From Macrostomum lignano (lineage: Eukaryota), in NCBI GenBank assembly GCA_002269645.1, contig NIVC01005046.1:1-27900 (forward strand): a stretch of DNA of 27,900 nt. Reading direction: 5' to 3'. The notes under the pieces were generated by a model. It searched no databases, was not told the DNA's origin, and saw only the letters and a program-made list of their open reading frames with translations. The translations under genes and the position numbers were made by a program. Below are positions 9,289-19,675 of the stretch, in pieces; position 1 is the first letter of the stretch; each line of letters starts with the position of its first letter.

Positions 9289-12200
9289 GTCTGTGCCTCT
9301 ACAACTGCCCCCGCCTGAGCCTTTCGATACTCAGAAAGAGCCACACAACCTCTCAGCACGGTGGGCAGAATGGGCCAACCGATTCAAGTGCTTTGTGACT
9401 GCAAGCGGCATAACAGATGCAAGTCAACAACGAGAGATTCTACTTTACGTCGGCGGCAAACAGGTGGCTGAAGCGTACGCAGAACTCACGAGGCCAGGCA
9501 AGACCCTCGAAGAGCTCCTGGACGCCCTCAAAGAGTACTTCAAGAGCAGACAACCCGGTATTCGTGCGATATGAATTCCGGCACTGCACGCAGCAGCCCG
9601 GCGAAGCCATCAACGCCTGGGTGCAACGGCTGTTCAAGGCTGCAGAAGGATGTGAATTCGAGACTCAGCGGGATCTCATCATCCGAGACCAAATTGTCGC
9701 CGGCTGCCAGTCAGACCAGCTCCGGCGCAGGTTGCTGCAGACACCCAATATCCAGCTCAAAGAAGCGCTGCAGCAAGCCAGGGCATTCGAGGCGGCCGAC
9801 CTTCAATCTGCAGTTATCGAAGCGCGGAAGAGCGAGTCTGTGAACGCAATGCGGCGTATCGAAAAGCCAGACCGACCGGAGCGAACCAGAACAAAGTGCA
9901 TCCGCTGTGGAGAGTCGGGCCACCGAACGTGCGAGGCGGCCAGAGGAAAGACGTGTCGGAACTGCAACAAGGTCGGCCACCTGGCAAAAGCGTGCTTGTC
10001 CAAACCCGCAAGCTCCAGAAAGGTGCACGCCATTGCCGAGGAGCAGCCGAGTGATCAGCAACAGCGAGACAGCGACAGCAGCTGCGAGGTGTTCTGCCTG
10101 ACGCCACAACGTAAGCGACTGCCGCTCGTTAAAGCAGACATCAACGGCCACGCCACAGACCTGCTAATCGATAGCGGCGCAAGCTGCAATCTAATGGACT
10201 CAAAAACATTCAAGGCCATCGGAGGCACGGCAGACGACCTTCGCGAGTCAAAGCAGCGGATCTTCCCGTTCGGCTCCAGTGAATCCCTCACCACTCTTGG
10301 CAAAGCGACCCTCCGGACCGCCGTTTATGACGTCAGCGCCAGCATTAGCTACATCATTGTCAAGGAGACGGGCACGACGATCGTGGGCCGCGAAACCAGC
10401 GAGAAGCTGGGAATCCTACGCATCGGACCAAGCAATCCCAGCGTCTGTCATCTGAAAGACTCTGGTGAGCTCCATGAGCCACTCAGCGCTGCATTGGCGG
10501 CCGCAGCGACGGAGGCAGACGATCAGGCAATGCCACAGCACGAGCGCCTCAGCAACATTATCAAGACTTTCAGGCAGCGATTTGTGGGAATTGGGTGCGT
10601 CAAGGACGTTGAAGTTGGCATCCACCTGCAAGACGGAGCCGTGCCGGTCTGCCATCCGCCAAGTCGCATCCCCGTGCATCTGCGAGAGGCTGCGCAGCGC
10701 GAGCTCGACGATCAACTGCAGGCTGGAATAATCGAGAAAGTGACCGGACCGTCCGAATGGGTGGCACGAATAGTTGTTGTCCCGAAGTCGCAGCCTGGCC
10801 AAGTGCGCATTACCCAAGATCTGCGAGATGTGAACAAGTTCGTAGTGCCCGAGAAACAGCCCATACCAACTTTTGAAGAGGTCACTGATGAAATGGCCGG
10901 TGCGCGCTACTTCACCGAGTTGGACATCAACAAGGCGTTTCACCAGATCCGCGTCCGAGAAGACTCGCGCCACCTGCTGACATTTTCGACGCCGAAGGGT
11001 CTCATGAGACTGACGCGCCTGTGCATGGGCTTTACGTCAGCGTCTGAGATTCTACAACGAGTCATGACCAGCGTGCTCGGCGGGCTTCCAGGAGTCCGCT
11101 GGGTACATGACGACATTATCATCTATGCAAGCTCCATCATTGAGCACAACCAGCGGCTAGCGGCAACCTTGCAAAGGCTAGAAGAGCACAACATCACCTT
11201 AAATCCGGCAAAGTGCAAGTTCGCCGTCAAGGAGGCCAAGTTTCTCGCTATGCGCCTGTCCGAGAAGGGCATCCAACCGACAGACGAGAAGGTGAGCGCT
11301 GTGAAAGCATTCAGAGCACCGAAAAACGCGTCCGAAGTGAGGTCCTTTCTCGGCCTTGTGGCTTTTGTCAGTCGCTTTATCCCAGCCCTGTCAGACATGG
11401 CCAAGCCCCTGCGAGATCTGACCAGAAAGGATGCGCCGTGGTCCTGGGGAGCAGCTGAGGAGACTGCTTTCAGCGCCATCAAGAACTCGATCTCCGCGAG
11501 AAGCACACTGGCATTCTTTGACAAGCGCAGACCCACAGAAGTGATCGTGGATGCCAGCCCGACGGGACTCGGAGCGATCCTCAGCCAACAGCAGCCAGAC
11601 GGCAGCTTGCGACCGATCGCCTACGCAAGCCGCGCACTGTCAGCGGTGGAGACGCGCTATTCTCAGACGGAAAGAGAAGCCCTCGCCGTCAAATTCGGTT
11701 GCCTTCGCTTCCGCCATTACCTCAGTGGTTCGTCCGGTTTCCGGGTCGTCACTGACCACAAGCCGCTGGTGCACCTATTTAAGCCAGGATCGCATCCGCC
11801 ACCAAGAATCGAGAGGATGGCACTGAGCATCCAGGACCTGGTGTTCGAGACAATGTACAGGCCAGGCTCGACCAATCCCAGTGACGTCCTAAGCCGGCAA
11901 ATCTTCCCAGCATCAGCGGTCTCCAGCGCAGGAGCAACCAGGGACAACCACTACATCAACAGCATTGCCGAGGACTCGACCCCAAAGGGACTGGCGCTGC
12001 AACAGCTTAAGGATGCAACAACGAGAGACGGAGCCCTCCAAGCAGCCATCTCAGCACTCCGAGGCGGCAAGTGGGATCTCCGAGAGGCTACCTTGCGGTC
12101 GCTGCACGCAGTCAAGCAGGAGCTCTCCGCAGCAGACGGAATCCTACTGAGAGGCCAGCGCATCGTCGTCCCCGAAGCGCTGCAGCTGACGGTGCTGCGG

Positions 12201-13265
12201 CTCGCTCACCAAGGACACCAGGGAGCAAAGAAGACGCAGGCGAGGTTATCGGCGAAGGTCTGGTGGCCCGGTATGGCAGGACAGGCGCAGCGGATGTGCA
12301 ACGTCTGCCTCCCGTGTCAAGCTGCGAGTCATCAGGCCGAAGTTCCAGCAGCGCCGCTGCAAGCCACACCACTGCCACCGCATGCCTGGCACACCCTGGG
12401 CATCGACTTCACCGGGCCAGTGCAAAACAAGCATCTACTCGTCATAGTTGACCATTTCTCCCGCTATCCGATAGTCATCAGCATGTCGGCCATGACAGCC
12501 GAGGCGGTCACCAAGCAGCTCCGGAAGCTATTCTCCACGTTCGGCAGACCAGCGCAGCTCGTCTCAGACAACGGGCCCCCGTTCAGCTCGCAAGCCTTCC
12601 ACGACTTCCTCCGCAGCAACGGCGTGCAGCACCGCTCCATCACTCCGTACCACCCGGCAGCAAATGGAGTCACCGAACGCATCAACCGCTCGATTAACAA
12701 GATCATCCGCATCGCAAGCATCGAGAAATCCGACTGGCGGGCCGCACTCGAAGACTGGCTGGAGGCCTACCGCAACACGCCACACAGCAGCACTGGAGCC
12801 ACCCCTGCGGAGCTGATGTTCCAGCGACAGGTGCAAGACTGCATCCCCAGCATGCGACAGCGCAGCCGAGTGCCCAGCACTTTGGCCGCGGTCAGGGCTC
12901 GCGACTGCGCCGCCAAACAACGGATGGCGCGCCATGCAGATGAGCGCCGAAGAGCCGCCAGCCACAACATCATGGCAGGCGACTCGGTGCTGCGCAGGCG
13001 GCGCCCTGCCTCCAAAATGCAGACACCCTTCGAGCCAGAGCCGTGGGTCGTCGAGGAGGTCAAAGGCGACTCCCTCATCCTGCGCAGAGCGCACGAGTCC
13101 TGCATGCGCCACATCACGGACCTCAAGCGCCTGCCGACGGCCGACTTCCCGCCACCGCCGCCCACGCCGCCACCGACCGAAGGCAGGCCGAAGTCACCCG
13201 AGTCCATTGCGCTGCGGGCTCACCCACGTGCGTGTAAAAGCCGACCAATGAGTTTAAACCACTGA
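9287..13265 (+). CDS. Gag-Pol polyprotein (one frameshift inside gag near 9545-9552)
   Basis: ATG at 9287. Two knuckles CIRCGESGHRTC and CRNCNKVGHLAKAC; protease LIDSGAS; RT FTELDINKAFHQI and WVHDDIII; RNase H VDAS/TEREAL/TDHKPL; integrase zinc finger H..H..C..C and IDF/SDNG/NGVTER. Confidence 0.95.
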
Positions 13266-13420
13266 GCTAATTGACTGACTTTGCAAGAAACTGACTGATC
13301 TTTTAAATTTTACAAGCAAACTAAGCGCTCCCCATTTTTGGTAAAGGGGTGTCCCTGCCGGCCTCGTTTTATTTTTTAAGCTTCAGCTGCATAGCTTTTA
13401 GCTTTTGCTTCTAAGGCCAA

Positions 13421-13700
13421 ATATTCGAAACTAATGCTCGTATTTATATTCGCAAACTAATGCTCGTATTTATATTCGCAAACTAATGCTCGTATTTATA
13501 TTCGCAAACTAATGCTCGTATTTATATTCGCAAACTAATGCTCGTATTTATATTCGCAAACTAATGCTCGTATTTATTTTCGCAAACTAATGCTCGTATT
13601 TATATTCGCAAACTAATGCTCGTATTTATATTCGCAAACTAATGCTCGTATTTATTTTCGCAAACTAATGCTCGTATTTATATTCGCAAACTAATGCTCG
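13421..13700. repeat. 26-bp tandem array (AACTAATGCTCGTATTTATATTCGCA) in the retrotransposon 3' UTR
   Basis: CTAATGCTCG recurs every 26 nt at 13431, 13457 ... 13691 (11 starts), then degenerate copies to about 13745. Confidence 0.97.
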
Positions 13701-13918
13701 TGTCTATTTTCATAAGTAATGCTCATTTGATCGTAACTAATGCTTAAACTCTTATCCATGCTCATATTTGTGTTTATGCCCTAATGAATATTCGCTCTCA
13801 CATCCGTATATTTTCATACTATTCACTCACATCCATTCCCCTCTGATTCCCACTTCGAAATGTTTACTTAGCTTCCCATTTGCTCTTATCTCCTAACTCT
13901 TATCCGCTTGGGGAAGGA

Positions 13919-14118
13919 TGTTGGCCGTACACCGTTTAACTCTCTGACCCTCGAGTGTACAATGCCTGCCCCCGTCGCTCTGCAGCCAATCAGCTTGCAC
14001 GCTTCTTGTTTATCAGGCGCAACTCCACCCCACGCAAATATCGATTTCTAAATATATATATTGGCGCTCAAGGCCTCGCAGTGGCCAAGCCTTTTCTTAC
14101 CCCTAAAACAAATCTACA
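13919..14118 (+). repeat. 3' LTR (200 bp)
   Basis: Same sequence as 9069-9268; preceded by the PPT and followed by the TSD AGACT. Confidence 0.97.
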
Positions 14119-14885
14119 AGACTGAAATACATCAAATTCCCTTTTGATTAACTACAATCTATCAATATAATCAATAATATCTCCATTAAATTACAGTCAA
14201 TTAAGACTCCGTTAAATTGAAATCTATTAAAAGATGCTTTCTACTTGTCAAGCATAAAATATTCAAGGTACATTAGAAGCTTCGGTGGTTAGGGTTAGCG
14301 TTAGAGCTGCACAGAGTTGCGTGTTAAAAGGCGCCGATAATAAAAAATGAGCATTTAATGAGTGAGGGGTTTTTTTGGGGTGGTTCTTCTTGCTTTTTTG
14401 CTACCATACAAAATAGCCAGTTTGACCGAGCGAACGAGGTGAGCGAAAATCCACACTCATTTTGGGTGAATATTGTCTTCTTTGTTGTGTCCAACTGTTG
14501 AAAAATGCTTGGAATGCTTGGAATGCACTCCCATTTTGAGCGAAGTGTAATGAATCGAAAACTGGGTGATCGCTGAGGTGATTTTCAATGAATTGACAAA
14601 GAAGAAAAATTTATTCTCAAATCGAGATGGGGTGTGGTCAAAACTTTTTTTATGGTAGAATACTGCTCCCAACAATACACTGTCTTAACTTTCAATTACT
14701 GGATTTGTAGAGTTTTTCATATTTTTAATATACTTGTAACATTCAGCCGCCTGAACCTTCACCTCACAAATTTTCAGAGAACATCTATCGAGGCTGACAG
14801 GACTATTCTAGATTCCAACTTCCTCCGCTAACGTGTTGTTCGTCTCCAACTCTCCGCATTTCCTTTGTTGCGCACTGAAGCGACA

Positions 14886-17587
14886 ATGAACATTAAAGAC
14901 TTAAATGAAGTTGAATGTCACACAAAATGGTTTGCCAAGTTTGACATCATTGAAGAACGTGTCAAGAAAGTTTTAGACGACCTTGAATCGGAAAAGTCTG
15001 ACTCACCATGGCTGTCAGATCTCTACCTGCTCTTGAAAGCTAATCTCCGGACAATGCCGATGTTCTGTGATTTAGGCAAAGCGTGGAAGTTGTTAAGTGA
15101 AACAGAAAGGGAAGTTCCAGCATTGATTAACGTACAGTTTCTGGTCAAAGCAACAAAACTTAGGCTTATGGAGATGGAATCGAGACCGGGAAGTCCATCA
15201 GGACAAACGTATGACGAGGCAAAGCAATATTTAGAGGACTTCTCGGCTCATGAGCTAACAAAAGCAACTTGCTTGGTTGTCAAATGCTGGACAATGCGAT
15301 GGTTCGCCGTCGGGCCCCATAGGAAAGCCATAATAAAGGACTGTGAATATGCTCTTCAAGATGCCAAACAGATTCTGGACACTACGAAAAAGATTCCTGA
15401 AAATCCAGAGTCCCAGGCCGTTAAGTTTTTATGCCTGTACAACTCGCATTGGTTCTCAATGAACAGCGAAATGAAAAACTTTTCATTTGTCGTGAAGAGC
15501 TCCAGCATTGGGAAGAGGCCAAGAGTATATTGGATGAACAGAAGTGGCAAGATGTGATGTTTCTAGCCGATTTTGCGAGGGCAGTCGCTTCAACACCGAC
15601 GCATTCGAAATTATGTAAAAATCTGTTAAAAGCTACAGAGGATTGGACAGAAACTACAAGGACAAACAGAACAGATGGCAATGAAAACAGGTCAAAACCG
15701 TATCGAATGTACATCGCGTTGCCAGAAGTTTATTCGACTCTGATCAGACGTCTGAACAGAATGGGAAAGGACAAAAATGAAGTTGAGACTTTTAGCGAAA
15801 AGATCAGAAGCATACTTGAACAGGGCAACGAAATCGAAAAATGTAGAAATCACCCTTCCTTCATTGCTGCAAAGGTAGGACAATTTCTATTTGATTCACG
15901 AGTAAATGAAGCAGAAGACCTACTAAACGAGAGTATTTTCGGAAATGAATACTGGTTAGAATTGAAACGAATTCAAGTGCTACTCAGGAAGCCGAAAGAA
16001 GATGTCGACATTCAATCAAGTCTCCGTCTATTCGAGACGCTCTGCACCAACTTTCCGAACAAAGAAGCGATTATCCGAATGGACAAGGGCATTTTTCTTT
16101 TGAAGCACGGTGATGTCAAGAGAGGTATGGAAAATCTCATCTGGGCCAATAACGACTATTTGCATCCTGCCTATAGAAACAATGGGTTTATAATGCAATA
16201 TCTAAGAGAAATCCAAGCTGCAGTAGCAGAAGAAGAACATTATCTGATTTGGATTGAAAGTCAGTTTGAAACTGATTCGGAAACATATCACGTAGGAAAG
16301 TCAATAAAAAAGTACCAGAACTACCAGCCATTGTCCGATGAGCAGAAGCACTTTGTCAACGAGCACCTCGGCCGGCTGCTGATGCGTAAGTCGCAGTTCG
16401 AAGAGGCCGAGCAGCTGTTCCGCTCACTGCCTGAGTCCGTGCAGCACAGAACTGCAATGATCGCTGACTCTCTCCTCTGCCAAGCGGAGAGCTTGTCGAG
16501 CGGAGATGACGTCAAAGAGGTGTGCAAGGACAAGCTAGCCAAGATGCAAGCGGAGAGCTTGTCGAGCGGAGATGACGTCAACGAGGTGTGCAAGGACAAG
16601 CTAGCCAAGATGCAAGCGGAGAGCTTGTCGAGCGGAGATGACGTCAACGAGGTGTGGAAGGACAAGCTACCCAATAAAATGCGGCTGCACCTGCTAAACG
16701 AGTGCGCCTCACTCGGCTGCAAGGACTCCGTACACGAGGCACTGCTGCTGCTGGAAGAAGACATTCGGAAACAGAGCGACAGAAACAACGTGTTGCAAGT
16801 GAATGCGGACCCCTTGTTCCTGCACAGCACATGCGTCTATGAGTTTTGCGCCCGACTGACTGAGCTGAAGAACGCCGGCTTTCACATCAAACGACGTCGC
16901 ACAGCTCCTGAAGATGAAGAAGGCATAACAGAGAAAATGTCCGACCTGCTGAAGAAGGTGAAGGAAATTCTATGTCAGCAATCCTACCCAAGGAAGCTAA
17001 GGTTAAAAATGACTAGATTGATTCTAAAAGAATCACAAGAAAAAGACGTCTACTGGCGCAGTATGTGGCTCACACTGGATGAGCTTAGAAAAGAACTGGA
17101 TAGAATTTGGCACGACTTCATTGCAGCGGCTCGAAATAACCCCATAAATAAAAAGGTAGATGTTAGTTGTTGGAAATGTCCTGTTTATTATCCGCTAACC
17201 CATGACCAGAGAAATGCAAATACAAGTGCTGAGAAGGCTCTTGAGGGTAAATGGAAATTGAGTTATAATAAAAAAGAGAATAGAAAGTTTGACGACAATC
17301 CTGATGTGCAGTTTCCTCTTGCACCAAGAAGCACTCATTACATTTTTAAATGGATGGCTCAGAAGGAGACAGCGATTGGGGAAAACGGAAACTGGCTAGA
17401 GCTTTGGAGCAGTAAAATCAACCAAGACAAACATAAAACTGCTGTTGAACTGAGAAAATTGAACTCGGATATCGAGAAAAAATTTCAAGAGTCAAATACT
17501 CGTAAAGGCCCAGCCAACTTGCAGCAGCTGGCGCACTTTGCAGCAGAGTTCGTAGAGGAGGTCAGATTCGTACTTTTGTCTTATAAG
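14886..17587 (+). CDS. Exon 1 of a ~1430-aa protein: IFIT-like TPR region, 3x22-aa repeat and HEPN-like domain (one -1 frameshift between 15431 and 15557)
   Basis: ATG at 14886. Track ORFs 14865-15557 and 15431-17596 join if one base is restored (e.g. an A in the run at 15469-15471). Donor AAG|GTAAGT at 17588, phase 0. IFIT-like motifs LNEVECHTKW, PENPES, LSDEQKHFVNEHLGRL. HEPN-like LDELRKELDRIW / VYYP / WLELWSSKINQDKH. Confidence 0.75.
16481..16669 (+). repeat. In-frame 66-bp tandem repeat (~2.9 copies; QAESLSSGDDVxEVCKDKLAKM)
   Basis: Units start at 16481, 16547 and 16613 and are nearly identical. Confidence 0.97.
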
Positions 17588-17921
17588 GTAAGTTAGACCG
17601 ATGAGCAATTGATTTCCTGAATATATTCCCACGAAGCCTACTATTTTATCCTAGGCTAGTAGACTAGTGGACTAAGGATCACTTACATCTACTATGAAAT
17701 ATCCATCTAGAAATCTTGTCTACAAACCAGCTCTTGAGAATCTAACTGATTGTGCAGGTTTGCTAGTTTGTGCAAAGTCCTCCAAACATCTGTTCTGTCC
17801 TTTTATTCCTTAGCATCCCGGCCTGTGTTTCGCACTTAATTCGCGCTAGTAAAAACATCTCACACTCATCCTGAGGAGAGTTTTCGAACTCCCAATGCAC
17901 TAATTTATCCATTTGTTTCAG

Positions 17922-18576
17922 TACAAAGAAGTCAGCGGCTTTCCAATGAAGTTCGAAGCCTTGAAGTCCGACTATGATTGGAAATGGGCCTGCTACAAAT
18001 GCGCTACTGGGTTCGATGCACTTCGCAGCAGATTCGAAGAGCCTTCAGAACAATGCACGGACTGTCAGCAGGTCATTCTGCTGGTTCGTGACAAAAACGC
18101 TGTCAGTGGCAGCAAGTGGCAGCACATCAGGCCCAGACGCCGAAAGCTGATCAAGCTTGAAATGTGCTTCAAGTACAGCGACATTCCTGACTGCAACGAA
18201 TGCATGCGCGCCCACTGCGACTCCGCGCATGGCGAGGCTGAATACCGGCTGTGGGAACTGGAGAGGATCGGCAAGTTCTCTTTCAACAGATTCATGAAGC
18301 AGCATCGCAATGCTCAAACGGAGCTGCCTCTGGTCATCTGCGAAAGGGCTGGCGAGAGCGGTGTGAGACAGATATTTTACACTGGCCCTCCTGGCCCTCC
18401 AGAAACTCAAACTCTTGCTAGACTGCCTCCCACTGAGACTAAGAATAACCGGTTTGCAAGGCTGTGTGAAAAATTCTCTCGAGGCATACCCTGTCCTTTT
18501 TGGCGAGATGGAAAATGCTACTACGCCCACTGCGCCGAGGAGGAACAACTGTGGAACATTATGAAAAAACCAAGAG
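17922..18576 (+). CDS. Exon 2: CxxC..CxxC plus two CCCH-type zinc fingers (ZC3H7/RoXaN/HELZ-like module 1)
   Basis: Acceptor TTTGTTTCAG ends at 17921 (phase 0, matching the 17588 donor); donor AGAG|GTAAGG at 18577 (phase 1). CYKC-x17-CTDC, ILLVR...WQHIRPR, C..C..C.SAHGEAE..LWELER, C-x8-C-x7-C-x3-H. Confidence 0.85.
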
Positions 18577-18698
18577 GTAAGGGCAGTTTCAGGATTGAGA
18601 GCAACCTTGGGAATCAACTGGTGGTCCCATCAGCTAGGCTTGGCTGAGCTGGAAGGTGCTCATGATCATAGTTACCCCATCACTAATAAATATTTCAG

Positions 18699-19334
18699 AA
18701 GACTGGCCAGCTGGACTGAGAGAGCTTATCGACAAGATTAAGCCTGGATTGACTGGTTGGATCCTGCAGTTTCATTGTGACTGGAAGCTGGTCTGCTACA
18801 AGTGCGCCAATTCGAGTGATGCACTGCAGAGCAAGTTCTCAATGAATGCGGCTACAACCGAATGTAAGAACTGTGAGCAGTGCTTCCTTTTGGTCAGAGA
18901 GAAGAGCAGCGCAGTCAGCAATGAGTGGCAGCGAGTCCGACTCAAAATGCGGAATCTGAGTAAGTGCCATAATTATGGACGGCGTGGAGAATGCAGGTAC
19001 TCAGACTGCGACTTTGCCCACGGAGATTTGGAGCTGAAGATGTGGCAACTGGAGAGGACCCAAAAGTTCTCATTCGACCAGTTTCTAAAAGACAATCGCA
19101 CAGCTGCGTCAGAACTGCCGCTGATTCTCCGCGAGCTGCCAGCAGGCTCTGCGAGTCGCATTGTGTACGCGGGCCCAGAGCAACGGCCCGCTAGACTACC
19201 GCCACCAAAATGCAACAAGGCCCAGCTTTGTAAAAGTATTTTTGAAAAAGAGGATTGCCGCTACAGAAATAATTGCAATTTTGCTCATTGTGCCGAGGAG
19301 GAGCAGTTGTGGAACATCATGAAAAGTCGCGGAG
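18699..19334 (+). CDS. Exon 3: second copy of the same zinc-finger module
   Basis: CACTAAT branch point at 18681 and acceptor TATTTCAG ending at 18698 (phase 1); donor GGAG|GTAAAT at 19335 (phase 1). CYKC-x19-CKNC, C-x8-C-x4-C-x3-H and canonical C-x8-C-x5-C-x3-H. Confidence 0.87.
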
Positions 19335-19675
19335 GTAAATTCCTGGTCTTCATTTGATCCTTCAAATTTGTAACTAAAAACTAAAGTACTTAGCAAAAGA
19401 TTGGTTCGAGTACTGGCTCGACAGCATATCCCTTCAGATGTCCCACGGTTTGCAGTAATTATCCGATGGTTGGGTTTCGGATTTGTCTTGACTGGGGACG
19501 TTGCTAATGCCTGCAAGATACTTGAATCGAAGGGTGGGCGTAGTCTTTGTTGCCTGACTGTTTCACCAACCTACTTGGTTCAGGCTTCAGTAAATTCTGA
19601 AAAGACGAACAGACTCCGCGTGTTCTTGAGTAAATATGCAAGTAAAATTTACTAAATTTTATTCGATATTTCCAG

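Larger units (their letters stand above)
9069..14118 (+). mobile_element. Full-length Ty3/Gypsy (Mag-like) LTR retrotransposon, recent insertion
   Basis: LTRs 9069-9268 and 13919-14118 (200 bp, TG...CA, identical on base-by-base reading). TSD AGACT at 9064-9068 and 14119-14123. PBS at 9270, PPT GGGGAAGGA at 13910-13918. Domain order gag-PR-RT-RH-IN. Confidence 0.98.

Noticed and set aside
9440-13251. Numerous short antisense and alternative-frame ORFs over the retrotransposon (likewise 23177-26608)
   Set aside because: Expected shadows of GC-rich coding sequence; no recognisable domains.
13421-13700. CRISPR-like regular array (also considered for 1-665)
   Set aside because: Units are directly adjacent with no unique spacers, the context is eukaryotic, and there are no cas genes.
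14286-14306. GGTTAGGGTTAGCGTTAGAG telomere-like motif (also TAACCTTAACCT near 22887)
   Set aside because: Only 2-3 degenerate units; too short to call an interstitial telomeric repeat.
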